From: Octopus bimaculoides
Taxonomy: Eukaryota
Reading direction: 5' to 3'
NCBI RefSeq assembly: GCF_001194135.2
Contig: NC_068982.1
Location: 136,277,574-136,341,573 of the forward strand
Length of the DNA stretch: 64,000 nt
The position numbers were made by a program, and so were the translations under genes. Positions 12,360-24,702 of this stretch are shown in pieces. Numbering within the stretch: position 1 is the stretch's first letter; each line of letters starts with the position of its first letter. Below the pieces are notes generated by a model that was not told the origin of the DNA, ran no database searches, and saw only the letters and a program-made list of their open reading frames with translations.

Positions 12360-12680
12360 TGAATTAACAGTCCTGTGGGAAGAGGGAAGTCCATTAACGG
12401 AAGCGTGCCAGATATGACAGCCTTCTGCGGGATTACAGGATGACAGCATGCGTAAGGCAATTGGTATGAGAGGTAAGGAGAGAAGGGTGTGCAGAATGGG
12501 AGAGCCTCTTGTTGAGATGTGTTAAGTGAAAGCCAGGAGGAGATGAAGAGCAGTGACTTGGCCATCTCTGCTGACCCACCAATGGGAGAGTCACAACTTT
12601 GTGTAGACTTTGTGGAGAAAGGATGAACGGTGGATACCGTCTGACGACAACAGTTCCTCCTGGCCATGGCTTCATTAACT
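12360..12680 (-). mobile_element. Degenerate LINE 3' coding fragment (CR1/L2/Jockey group)
   Basis: KRLSHSAHPSLLTSHTNCLTHAVIL resembles the TRLSxxSHPYxVQxP motif at the end of such RTs; weak similarity judged by eye. Confidence 0.35.
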
Positions 12681-13197
12681 TACAGGTGTTATTAACAGAG
12701 AGAGAGACAGAGAAAGAAAGAGAGAGGCAGAGAGTGATTCATATAGGCTTCTCAAGCGATCGTGACTCGATCTTACACTGAATGCTGAAACTGAACCGAA
12801 TATGTCGCGAAAGAGTACTGTAAACCAATTACAAACACACTACATAATGTAATATATTCCTTATTTGAATTCTTACAAGAAATTGCCAAAACATTCTTTC
12901 GCAGTTCCCCGACCGCATGGAAAGTGTTTTTAACATTTACATCTCAATATAGGTAAAACAGGTGAAAGATTCGACAGGTATTGGAATAGTAAGACTAGAA
13001 ATATTTCTTCACCTACAATTTACTATTATTCAGAAGGCAAACATTAGGACTCAACCAATAAAAGAAAGTGTGCGAACGATATTTACATAGGGCTATGTTG
13101 CAGAGCTAAGACAGGTTCAGGTTAAAATATTGCGTAGTTTTACACAAACATAGGTCGAGCTTAAGTTTGAATGTTACAACACCTATTTCCTCGTATA

Positions 13198-13198
<1 letters not shown>

Positions 13199-13285
<87 letters not shown>

Positions 13286-13480
13286 GCGTGTGCGTGCGCG
13301 CGCCTTTGTGTGTGTGTGTGTGTGTGTGTATATGTGAATGTGTGTGCCCGCGCATATTTTATGTGTATGTGTATGTATGTGTATACATACAGATATAATC
13401 GTGTAGCTATGCATATATACATATATCATATACGCGCATATGAATCATGTACACACACAAACACACACACACTTATATAT
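13199..13480. repeat. (TA)n(TG)n compound microsatellite
   Basis: Directly visible. Confidence 0.95.
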
Positions 13481-14147
13481 AAATACATATGTTGTCTATG
13501 TGTTTTTTTTTCTGTGTATACGTGAATATTCTCAACTCTGATGCAAGTTGACTTACGTCAGAGATAAGTTATTACAGCTTAGAGCATTCATATGTTCTAA
13601 TAAATTCAAGTTAATCAATTCATTTACTGTTTGCAACTCTAATAACTGCCCATCTCTGACGTAAGTCGAAATCGGTTTGTGATTGGGTGGAAATTGCGCA
13701 CAAGATTATATACAGGATAAAAGTATTGCATCGGCTGTCTGCGTATCTAATGATTCTTGCAATAATTCCTTACTTGGTGATTGTCCATATGACAGGAAGC
13801 AGATAGCCAAATATGTGTGGCATTATGTGTTGCACTTCCATTTCTAAAATAGTAAGACTTTGATGATATATAGATGTATTTCCTTAATAATATTAATTCC
13901 AATGTATTAGTCGATAAAGAATTCAGTGCATCAGTTAATACACCATAGAGAATAGTCTATTCGTATTTCTACCTAGCACTCCACACACAGAAGCCGGTAA
14001 TTCCTCACTAGCTGATAATTATTCATAGTACACATACACACACGTGCACACACATATTTATTTATTCATATATGTATATATATCCATACACATGTATATA
14101 TGTATATATGTATGTATATATACATACATGTGTAGATATATGTGTGT

Positions 14148-14223
14148 GTGTGAATGCATATATATGTATATGTAAGTGTGAATGCATATATATGTATATG
14201 TAAGTGTGAATGCATATATATGT
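14148..14223. repeat. 28-bp minisatellite, about 2.7 copies
   Basis: Unit gtgtgaatgcatatatatgtatatgtaa starting at 14148, 14176 and 14204. Confidence 0.9.
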
Positions 14224-14238
14224 GCGTGTGTTTGTGTA

Positions 14239-14279
<41 letters not shown>

Positions 14280-14289
14280 ATATAAATAT

Positions 14290-14500
14290 AGTGCGAGATT
14301 ACAGCAAATAAAACACGAAGACAGGTGTGGGTAAATCAAGTAGGTACATTAGTTTGATGCTCTGGAAGAATGGAAAAGTCTTTGACGTTTCGAGCCTGCG
14401 CTCATCGACAGAAAGGACTGAGAGGTAAAGGACAGAGAGAACGAAAAAAGAAAACGGAGAGAAATAAAAATGTGTAGGCATTAACGGTTCAACATGGTGA
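14290..14500 (-). mobile_element. Short hammerhead-containing repeat, probably derived from a PLE terminal repeat
   Basis: Shares gagcg(c/t)aggctcgaaac..agacttt with 42240-42320; no ORF. Confidence 0.55.
14377..14419 (-). ncRNA. Minimal type I hammerhead-like motif with a CUGUCGA core
   Basis: Minus strand AGTCCTTT-CTGTCGA-T-GAGC GCAG GCTC-GAAAC-GTC-AAAGACT; stems I and II pair; ACGT palindrome at stem III; A6 replaced by U. Confidence 0.65.
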
Positions 14501-14590
14501 AAAAGGGAAAGAGAGAGCAGGAGAGAGACACAGAGAGACACAGAGAGAGAATAATAGCAAAATTAGGTGGTGATATATTCTGAAAGTAAA

Positions 14591-15873
14591 TAAGGTTGTC
14601 AAGTATGAAATTTGTAGAAAAGAAAAAAAAGTTTGCTAATGTTTTATAAATACAAGGAATAGTTTTATTCATCAAAGTACGCACCCATATTGTCAATACA
14701 CTTGTGCCATTTCAGCGGTAGCTTGTCCAGCCCGGAACTGTAAAAGCCTGGCAATCTAGAGTCAATAAAATCTTGGAAGGCCTGTTTTACAGCCTCGTCG
14801 GAATCAAATTTTTTCCTATCAAAATTTATTCAAATTCTAGAAGAAATGGTGGTCACTGGGGCAAGATCAGGTGAGTATGGTGGATGATGGAAAACTTCTA
14901 TCTCCAACTCCTGTAGTTTCATCAATGTCATTTCTGTGATGTGTGGTCTGGCGTTGTCTTGCAATAAAATAGGAGTGGATCTGTTGACTAATCTAGGTTG
15001 TTTTGTTTGTAAGTTTCTGCATCATTTGGTCCAGTTGGCTGCAGTATACTTCGAGCGTGACTGATGAGCCAGGTGTAATGAAATCATAATGGATTACACC
15101 TGCGCCAGACCACCAAAACACACCATCAGCTTCTTTTGATGAATTTTGCTTTTTGGACTGTGTTTTGGTGACTCGTCTTTGTTCAGCAATTGTGCTGAAC
15201 GTTTACGGTTGTTGTATTGGATCCATTTCTCATCACATATTACAATTCGATTCAAAAATGATTCATTTTTGTGACGAGAAAGTAGCGTAATGCAGATTTC
15301 TAAACGTTGTTGTTTCTAATTTTCATTGGGTTCATGTGGAACGCACTTATCCAAATTTTTCACTTTACCGATTTGGATTAAGTGAGTCAATATTGTTTGC
15401 TTTCTAATACCAGACAACATTAATAATTCACGAGCACTTTGAGATGGATCTGACTTGCCAGTGGCTTTCAGTTCATCATTATGCCCCTTTGTTTCTGGTT
15501 TCCCGCGTTGCTCATTTGTGAAGTCAAATTTACCAGAACGAAATTTTGAAAACCAATTTGATACTGTCTGCTATGTAATAACATTAGAATGAAATACTCC
15601 ATTAATATTACGAGCTGTCAGTGATGCTTTATTTCCAAGAAAGAACTCATATTTCAAAACTGTACAAATTTCCACCATATCCATCTCTAAACAAAAATAG
15701 CAAAACACGATTTAAAATACTTCATAAAGCGCAAAACGAGTTAGAATAAAGAAATAGATGTGTCAGCTTTCTAAGAAAAGATAAAGACTGTCAGAATAGG
15801 ATAATAGTGCAAAATGAGCAGCTGTCAAATTTTACCATATACCTTACTACAAATTTCATACTTGATGACCTGA
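14591..15873 (-). mobile_element. Full-length decayed mariner transposon (1283 bp, 27-bp TIRs)
   Basis: TIRs 14591-14617 and 15847-15873 match 24/27; TA follows the right TIR, the left flank reads AA. Confidence 0.93.
14665..15684 (-). pseudogene. Mariner transposase pseudogene (about 340 codons, stops and frameshifts)
   Basis: N-terminal MDMVEICTVLKYEFF..TARNIN..TVSNWFSKFRSG; LLQDNARPH; HPPYSPDLAPSDHHFF; terminal GAYFDE-stop. Confidence 0.93.
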
Positions 15874-16299
15874 TAAAACGTGTTTCGAGTAGTTTTCTTA
15901 AAAAGAGTTCTTAATCTCCTACTCAGTAAAAACATTTCTTTATATGAAAGCATGAGCGTGGGCGAGCGCGCTCGTGAGCATATATGTGTGGAATGTGAAT
16001 CTGTGTGTGCATCCATCTGTGTGTGAATTCCTCTCCGATGGTTAAGCTATTCTTGTTAAACTGTCCTTTGTAACACCTCCATTAGGGGATATCTACCACA
16101 GTTGTTGTGAATCAACAAAGATTTCATAGAAATCTCTTACGACATGTCGTATATGAAATCAACTCTAATTGGTTTGTGCATTCAAGCAGAGAGTAAATAG
16201 TTTTGTACTATTAGTTATTTTTCAGAATTGGAATTGGTTTGTCAAAAGACGCTAAGTAGTTGTTAAATGCGTTCGGTTATACCTAATGGTTTCTATGTA

Positions 16300-16900
16300 A
16301 AAATTCCTTGGATTCAGACCCTGGAACTGGCAGCGTTGTGCAGCCTTTATACATCTTACTTATTTTAGCACTGCGGCAGTAATAATCGTATTTGAAAAGT
16401 TGTCAGAGACACGTTGTGTTTTTGAGCGTCATATCCATGGCGTTCTGAAGCTCTCTGGCTAAATATTTACACACGTAGTTTAACACTGAAATTGTGGTTA
16501 ATGTGGTTGCTATGGAATGAATATACATTTAATTGAAAGAGCTAATCAAACTAAGAGGAGTTTATGGCAATAACCGACAGTCTGTCGATGTATTTACATT
16601 AATGTATTGAAATGTTATTTAGTACATTACCCTCAAGTAACATTTCGTGTCATATAAATGTCGTTCAGAATCACCTAGCGGGATGCTTTGATATTTAATA
16701 GTATGTTCACTGAATTTCTAACAATGTTGACATGATACTGTAGTTGTGCTTGAGGATGTAAATGTTGCTCACTCTCTTGGACTCGCATTCATTCTCACAG
16801 CATTCAATTTCTTTCGGGAAGTGAATATGTTCCTAAAGGTCTGGTTTACTTTTAGTCTGGCTTCGCTATTTATTTTCAATTTGTAATTGTTCAGTTTTGA
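16300..16900 (-). mobile_element. Possible highly decayed Neptune-type PLE endonuclease region
   Basis: Translated pieces TTFQIR and MYKGCTTLP resemble the TTFKxRY and YxNSTTLS motifs of the 29565-30013 type; many stops. Confidence 0.25.
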
Positions 16901-17062
16901 CGGTTTAATCATTTTCATATTGTAACGCCGCGCCACTTGTTATGCGTCTGTCTGTGTCTAAAATAGTTGCATCGCTTGAGACAGAATTAGAAGGAGCTCC
17001 AATCAAAGCATTGTTAGTATGTGGAAGTATGTTTCAAGATTTGGGAGTTGCCGATACACAGT

Positions 17063-17267
17063 ATTTAAGAGATAGATAGATAGATAGATAGATACATACA
17101 TACATACATACATACATACATACATACATACATGCATGCATACATACATACATACATACATACATACATACGTACATACATACACACATACATACATACA
17201 TACATACATACATACATACACATACACATACATAGAGAGCGGGTGAGAGAGGGTAAGGGAAGAGAGC

Positions 17268-17300
<33 letters not shown>

Positions 17301-17318
17301 CGAGAGAGAAAGAAAGAA
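17063..17318. repeat. (GATA)n(CATA)n followed by a (GA)n-rich microsatellite
   Basis: Directly visible. Confidence 0.95.
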
Positions 17319-17329
17319 CTCTGTAAAGA

Positions 17330-18235
17330 TTGCTCTCTTCCCAGTTGCTATGTAGTCTTTCAAGTTTATTCTATATCGGAATTCTATTATTATTTTCTGC
17401 AACTATGATTGAAAATGTACCATGCAAAGCCTCCTATTTCCAGTCAGATAATCTTGCTTCTTTTCTTTGGCTTTTAATTACATTTGGAGTTCTGGATTCT
17501 ATATCTCCTACTGTTACACTAGCACCTCTACATAAAATTTCCGCACTGTTACCTATATAGAAATCTATATCTGCTCTAGCTAACTCCACACAATCTCCTA
17601 CTGATTTTAAACCACCGCCACAATCTTTTCTCAGTAAATAATATCTTGCTACTCCTCCTCTAGGATGAAGTCCTCCATTTATATTAAACTTCTTATAAGT
17701 TCTTCAGTCTAGATTTACTAATTTAAATTTTATCCAATGTACGATATCTAAGTAACGACGCTGCCAAGTATTTACAAACTTCGCTAGATTCGAACCATTC
17801 AGCTTTGACTATATTAACTTCTTTAACCGTACTACATCCCCATAATGATTAACTAGCTTTTCCCAAATATCACTCCAATATTTTCTAGCTTTTTACGTAT
17901 TAGGTTTCTCTCCTATAGTACAATCTTCTACACTGTTTATTGGGCGATGAAATCTCCTCTGATCTGTTTCAAACAATCTGTTCTGTTGACACTGATGTAT
18001 TCTTTTCTGATATCCGGAAAGCTTACTGATAGCTATTGCTAAGATACGCTGTTTCAGCTCTTCCATGGCTATCCCAAATGCTTTCTCTTTGGCTAAGTAT
18101 TTTATTTGAAGGGAAAATCAAAATCTTGTTTTCTAGTTTGCCCTGTTTCCACGCCTCTATTTTATTAAGCTTTTTTCTCAAAGTTTTCACTTTATTTTCT
18201 AATATCCTTTTCTACGACATGGCGACGTGGTGATC
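17330..18235 (-). mobile_element. R4/Dong-type LINE fragment, internally deleted
   Basis: KFVNTW..GGLHPRGGVARYYLLRKDCGGGLKSVGDCVEL and WK*EALHG match the HPKSDVDRLYLPRKEGGRGL and WKEKALHG motifs; upstream ENKVKTLRKKLNKIEAWKQGKL resembles the ORF N-terminal region. Confidence 0.75.
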
Positions 18236-18444
18236 TTATTAACATACAAAACACAAGATCTTCTATGTAGTATCTAGTTAGAATTGTCTTCATGTCGAGT
18301 TCCCCAGTCAAATAGTCTCTGCACTGTGAATATTCATATGCAATCTTCATGTCGCGCAAGTATGCTTGTGCCTGAATGCATGTGCCTGGCGTACTCTTAT
18401 CAGACGAGTATTCATGATGAGCATATTGGACTTCAAAATTTTGC

Positions 18445-20380
18445 TTATTATTATTTAGATCAGTCTAAAGCCTTCGATAGGGTCGACCATCGATACCTGG
18501 CAGCTGTTCTCAAGGCAGCTGGCTTCGGTCCGGTCTTCCGCGGGTGGATAGCTGCTTTATACAGCGGCATCTGCTCGGTCATACGGGTGAACGGCCATCT
18601 ATCGGAACCGTTCAACATCTCGCGTTCGGTTCGCCAAGGGTGTCCTCTCTCCTCCCTTCTGTATTTATTGACTCTCGAGCCATTACTGCGGAAGTTGGAG
18701 GTTTTGAGGGGCGTCCCGCACGATCTGGGATGTGGAAGGAGCGTGTCTGCCTANNNNNNNNNNNNNNNNNNNNNNNNNNNNNNNNNNNNNNNNNNNNNNN
18801 NNNNNNNNNNNNNNNNNNNNNNNNNNNNNNNNNNNNNNNNNNNNNNNNNNNNNNNNNNNNNNNNNNNNNNNNNNNNNNNNNNNNNNNNNNNNNNNNNNNN
18901 NNNNNNNNNNNNNNNNNNNNNNNNNNNNNNNNNNNNNNNNNNNNNNNNNNNNNNNNNNNNNNNNNNNNNNNNNNNNNNNNNNNNNNNNNNNNNNNNNNNN
19001 NNNNNNNNNNNNNNNNNNNNNNNNNNNNNNNNNNNNNNNNNNNNNNNNNNNNNNNNNNNNNNNNNNNNNNNNNNNNNNNNNNNNNNNNNNNNNNNNNNNN
19101 NNNNNNNNNNNNNNNNNNNNNNTTCCTGGACGGTAAACAGGTGTGGTCGCCTTTCGTCAGACGCGATTTTCAGCAGCTCGTTTCTTTAACAGAGCTGCAA
19201 TCCTGGATCAAACGTAGACCGAGAAAGGGCGCTTGGCACCTTGAGTGCCGCCAAGCTCTCACCGCCCTCAGTCAGGCGGGCAGTGCGATCGGTAGTAGCT
19301 CCACTCTAGCGTTCTATAGAGGGTTAGTGGGAGAAAAGTGCGACGACGTTCTCGGGGAAACTCTAGGCGTCGAAGATAATCTGCTAAACAGTCTGTTCAG
19401 GAGAACTTTCGGGCCGGGTAATTTCGGGCCGGATAATTTCCAAAGGTCCCTCGCCTGGCAGTGCTACCGAGGTGCGCTACCTGTTCGAGATAAACTCTAC
19501 CGACACGGAAGTACCGTCAACCGAGCCTGCCCGAGGTGCGCTCAGGACGACGAAACCGTTCTGCACGCACTCGTCCAGTGCCCGAGCATTGCTGACCTGT
19601 GGGTCTATATCGAACAGCTACTGTCACGTGTAAGAGGGATCCGGCTATCAGCTGAATCCATCGTGAGAATTGACCCGCCGACCTCCTTTAACCAGGAGGG
19701 CAAGGCAATTTTCCTATGCCTAGTGGCTTTAGCGAAAGAAGTGATATGGTGGACCCGTTTGAAAGGGCTAAAGACAGACACTTTCCNNNNNNNNNNNNNN
19801 NNNNNNNNNNNNNNNNNNNNNNNNNNNNNNNNNNNNNNNNNNNNNNNNNNNNNNNNNNNNNNNNNNNNNNNNNNNNNNNNNNNNNNNNNNNNNNNNNNNN
19901 NNNNNNNNNNNNNNNNNNNNNNNNNNNNNNNNNNNNNNNNNNNNNNNNNNNNNNNNNNNNNNNNNNNNNNNNNNNNNNNNNNNNNNNNNNNNNNNNNNNN
20001 NNNNNNNNNNNNNNNNNNNNNNNNNNNNNNNNNNNNNNNNNNNNNNNNNNNNNNNNNNNNNNNNNNNNNNNNNNNNNNNNNNNNNNNNNNNNNNNNNNNN
20101 NNNNNNNNNNNNNNNNNNNNNNNNNNNNNNNNNNNNNNNNNNNNNNNNNNNNNNNNNNNNNNNNNNNNNNNNNNNNNNNNNNNNNNNNNNNNNNNNNNNN
20201 NNNNNNNNNNNNNAGTTCTACTTATTTATTTATCTATTTATTTATTATATCTTTCTCCGTTTTCTTCCTCTGTTTAGACGAACTTTCCTACCTTTTCGGA
20301 CAAAACCTTTTGTAACCTTCGTCCTGTCTTTGTCCTTATATGTTTTTAATTGATATTAGCCCTTGTGGCCAATAAAACGA
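18445..20380 (+). mobile_element. Tx1/L1-clade LINE 3' portion (RT, zinc knuckle, probable 3' UTR), broken by two gaps
   Basis: LDQSKAFDRVDH..VRQGCPLSSLLYLL; ACPRCAQDDETVLHALVQCP; open frame across 19123-19786; ends aataaaacgaa followed by (TTA)n. Confidence 0.95.
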
Positions 20381-20383
20381 ATT

Positions 20384-20384
20384 A

Positions 20385-20435
<51 letters not shown>

Positions 20436-20453
20436 GTTGTTGTTGTTGTTGTT

Positions 20454-20487
<34 letters not shown>

Positions 20488-20510
20488 TCATCATCATCAT
20501 CATCATCATC
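20384..20510. repeat. Stepwise compound trinucleotide repeat (TTA)n(TTG)n(TCG)n(TCA)n
   Basis: Directly visible; each block differs from the previous one by a single base. Confidence 0.95.
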
Positions 20511-20559
20511 CGTCTGATAAGTTTCTTCTGGCTTAAAATCAGAAACAACAGGGTTTATC

Positions 20560-21180
20560 ATAGCGGCCCAAGATCAATGTCTACCTACATGAAGCTCCCA
20601 CGCCAACATCGTAAACAATGGCAGTAGCTCATGTCGTGCATGTAAATAATAAAATGAAACCATTGATCATGCTGTCACTATGTGTATCCTTCTTGCTCTA
20701 CAGAGTATCTCAAGAGGTATGACAGAGCATCACAGTATATTCACTGGGTAATTTGCAAAGACGTGAGCCTGTTCCATTATAAAATCTAGTGAAAACACAA
20801 CCCACTTCTAATGCTAGAAAATGATCGCATCGCACTACTTTTAAACCTTACTGTTCAAACTCACAGAAAGGCATATGAAAATAGGCCAGACATTCATTAT
20901 ATTGAAGAACTTCAGACAAAAGATATTATTGTCTCAGTCGACATAAATGTATCTGTCAAGACTTACAAACATTTGAGCAAGTATAAACATCTTGAAATAG
21001 AAATTGGCAAAGTTTAAAACCTCATGACTAAAAGATTACTTGTCATAGGTGCCCAAAGAATGATAGCAAAAGAGGTTGATTGCTACCTATCTCAGATACC
21101 AGGGAAACTTATAATGGTAGAAATTCAAAATATCGTGCGCGTGAGAACTCCTCATATCCTGAAAAACAAATTGTCAAATC
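20560..21180 (+). mobile_element. R4/Dong-type LINE 3' fragment (CCHC knuckle and restriction-like endonuclease)
   Basis: CRACK..ETIDHAVTMC, ENRPDI, SKYKHLEIEI, VIGA..YLSQIPG..HILK. Confidence 0.85.
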
Positions 21181-22732
21181 CCCAAATATTTAAATCTGTA
21201 AACAGTGTCAAAATACTTTTAAATGTACGTAATAACAAAAATATTTTACTGTCATATGTTGTTTATCTTTCTATAGGATCACCATATCGCGCGCGTATGG
21301 TTGCCACCCACGTATTAATTGCTCTAATCTTATAGCGGCAATTTAGTTTCGATTGGAGTACAAAGAGGTATCTCTCATGGTGCCATTTATATTTTGCCAA
21401 ATGATAATGACACAATGCTTCAAATAATGAACCTTTACATAATAATTGTGATTAACTTTGACATAAAGGTGAACAGTTTTGACTGCAAAAGTATGTAGAA
21501 TCTATATAGAGTATTAATAGTACCAGCTCTTGATTCAATTATAACGAGGTTCGTGGTAGTAAAAGCAAATTGAAACTAGCTAGGGTTTTAATTGAAAACA
21601 TGGATGTTACGTATTCTTGTCTTGTATCTTTTGTTCAGGTCTCTATTGGCTTTGTCTTCTTCCATTTGAATAAAACGCTTATCAGTCAAATAACTCACAA
21701 AAAATTCTCGCTAGATATTAAGTTAACTGAAACACAATCAATGTATGCAGCAGTAATATGCTTAAAAAGGGAATTACACCTTTGATCATAGTTTTCTTTG
21801 ACGCGGATTGCTCTGAGGTTAATGAATATCAACTACATGAAGTTAGGTGCCATGTATACAGGGAAGCAAGATAATTGCGCAACATATTATAAGAAATGAC
21901 AGTCATATACCAGCATAGATTATACTGGCAATTTCGACAAAACTAATAGCAGCTGTTTTAGTCGTTTTTGCTTTCGTAGTTTCTAGTTTCCATATCGAAA
22001 ACGTCCGTCATGTTAGAGATGTTTCGTTTAGAGTCGCATTGATATAACGATAATTCTCTTAGTATAACTATTATCATAATAGCCTCTAGTATATGTTGTC
22101 TTGTAAATGTTATTAAATACCTACTATGACGTAAATGTAAACTTTGTTTTGTTTGTTTCCCATTTATGTAAGATGGTTCTACTGAAATTTCTTAAATGTC
22201 ATATTTTACTTGATGACTGCGTCATTAGATTCAGGATTCAATACCACCATATTACTAGCAGCATGGTTGTTGTTCATATTTTCATTTATCCGTGTTCGAG
22301 AATGTATCGAATCAAAGGCATTTCATTTGAAACAATTCAATACTTTACATAAAGTACTACATTCAGATCAGTGTTAGCAAATGTATTCATTTTTAAGGTG
22401 ATACGACGTGATTTGAGGGATATTGGTTTACTATTTCTAACAAATAAAGCAACAAGATACATTTGTTGTCTCGTCTTGTATAACTCTTTATTAAGTTATA
22501 TGACGTGAAACATTGTTAAGAAATCCTCTTTTGTTTGTGTGTGTTGAAAAAAGCAGTTCAATATATCACTAGTTACAACAGTAGAGGCAACGCTCGATAA
22601 ATTACATTATACTACATTATCATTCTTTCAAAACAAATTTTGTATTCAGGTTTGATTAGCAAAAAGTCATTTATGGGAACAGTGTTGTTTTTCATAACTT
22701 CGTATTTCTATTTCAATGCACCATGCGCGTTT

Positions 22733-23086
22733 ACTCTTTGACTCTTTTACTTGTTTGAGTCATTCGACGGCAGCCATGCTGGGGCACTGCCTTTAGTCGT
22801 AGAAATCGAGCCCAGGACTTATTCTTTGTAAGCCTAGTACTTATTCTATCGGTCACGCTAGGTGACGGAGACGTAAACACACCAGCATCGGTTGTCAAGC
22901 GATGTTGGAGGACAAAGACACACAAACATATACACGCATACATATATATACATACATATATACGACGGGATTCATTCAGTTTCCGCCTACGAAATCCACT
23001 CACAAGGCTTTGGTCGGCCCGAATTTATAGAAAAAGACACTTGTCTAAGGTGCCACGCTACTTACCACACAGCCACTCTTGCACCT
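22733..23086 (-). mobile_element. tRNA-derived SINE, family D, lacking the B-box region
   Basis: Homologous to 45623-46036 and 59863-60277; the segment gtgggactgaacccggaaccatg is deleted. Confidence 0.9.
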
Positions 23087-23737
23087 ATTTGCTGACAAAT
23101 ATATAATATCTTTCTTCAAGCTTTTATATTTGCCAGTCTAACATTAGTAGGTATCTTTATAGACATCTGGCAATGAATTTCGGTGTTGATTGCAGCAAAA
23201 AAAATGGTTTAATAAAATCGAAAGCTCTGTGCTATTTGCTTAGTTCCTTGCAGTTAAGTATAGAATAGAATCCTAGAATCCTAGAAAAGGGAAAGTGGTT
23301 GGTTTACATTGAAATGCTTGCCTAAATGTTTCTCTTGGCAAGACTTCATTCACATAGTTGTTTTCATTTCCTTCTCCAAGGAAGGTTTCATGTCTAAGAA
23401 TTCTCTCCTTGGCTGCACTGCTTCCCAAAATGGAAATAAAGTAAGATTCGTAGTGCTAAATATATTATACCGGAATGCATCGTCATAATCATCACTTTCT
23501 TTATATTTAATAAGGAATTTATATATTCCATCTAGTTTTAATCAGTTACAAGCTAACATCGATTGCGTGACGTAATTCGAAAAGGTTACTGTTTTAAGCG
23601 ATGTCATTTAAAACTAGTATTATCTAATAAAAATATACATATTATAATTGAAACATTTTATATAAACTTATTTTCTAGTCTGGAAATGAAATAATGATTA
23701 CAGTTTATTTATTAATAATATACAAGCAAGGAAACGC

Positions 23738-24630
23738 AAATCCTAAGTGGCGTCTTCCAGGAAACTACCCTGGGGTGCTTACTGTTCATAATAGCCCTCT
23801 TAGACATGCCTACCGTCATTCAGACAGACGATGTAACTAGCTATGCCGATGATATAAAGTTATCACAAGCAATAAAAAACCAAGTTGATGTCGTAAGCTG
23901 ACAGCGGGACCTGAATACGATATACAACTGGGCCGAAATAAGCATCATCCAGTTTAATGCTGGGAAATTTGAAGCACTGAACTATCAAATCACGAATGTG
24001 CTACACCCTGCATATAGAGGACACGGAGGCTTGCAATCCCAGAGTCACAGGCAATGAAAGACTTGGGGATCAGTATTTGCAAAGGCGCATCATTTTTTTT
24101 TTCATGAACATTACCAAGATGGCAGCAAAGTGCAGACAACTGGCAACATGGATACTGAGGTCCCTCAGAACAATAGACCAAGAAAGTATGTTGACCATGT
24201 GAAGAACCTTTGTTCTCAGCTGCCTGGACTACTACTCCCACTTATGGTCACCACATAGTGCCAGACTAACAGCGGAGTTTGAAGCAGTCCAACGCCAGTA
24301 ATCTATAGAGTTTGAAACAGTGCAGTAGATGAGCTACAGGGATAGGCTGAGAAAACTGTTGCTCTTCAATATCCTGCTAAAAAAATTAAGAAATCTGCAT
24401 AAGGTAGAGGGCTTCAAAAAGGAACAACACATCTTCCTCATCACAATACCGAATGAAACAACAGCCGGACATGAGGTACAGACAAGAGCAGCGGAATCAA
24501 ACTCTCTTATACGTTAAATGGGCCAGAATCTGGGACAAAAGTACATACAGGAGTGGTGATGTGAAACACCCCGGACTGAGGAGATCAGAAAGACCACGGC
24601 TGAAACGAGGAAAAGAATAAAAGAGAATAT
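23738..24630 (+). mobile_element. CR1-clade LINE 3' fragment (RT to 3' tail), internally deleted
   Basis: SGVFQETTLGCLLFII..SYADDIKL..QRDLNTIYNWAE..FNAGKFE; EVQTRAAESNSL; tail ctgaaacgaggaaaagaataaaagag. Confidence 0.88.
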
Positions 24631-24668
24631 ATATCTATATCTATACATAGACACACACACACATATAA

Positions 24669-24702
<34 letters not shown>

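Noticed and set aside
12895-12960. Possible 48-nt exon (ttctttcgcag ... ag/gtaaaa)
   Set aside because: Splice-like signals are common in AT-rich DNA; there is no recognisable peptide or partner exon.
15061-15095. CTGATGA...GAAA inside the mariner
   Set aside because: No stem II or stem I pairing, and it lies in transposase coding sequence; a chance match.
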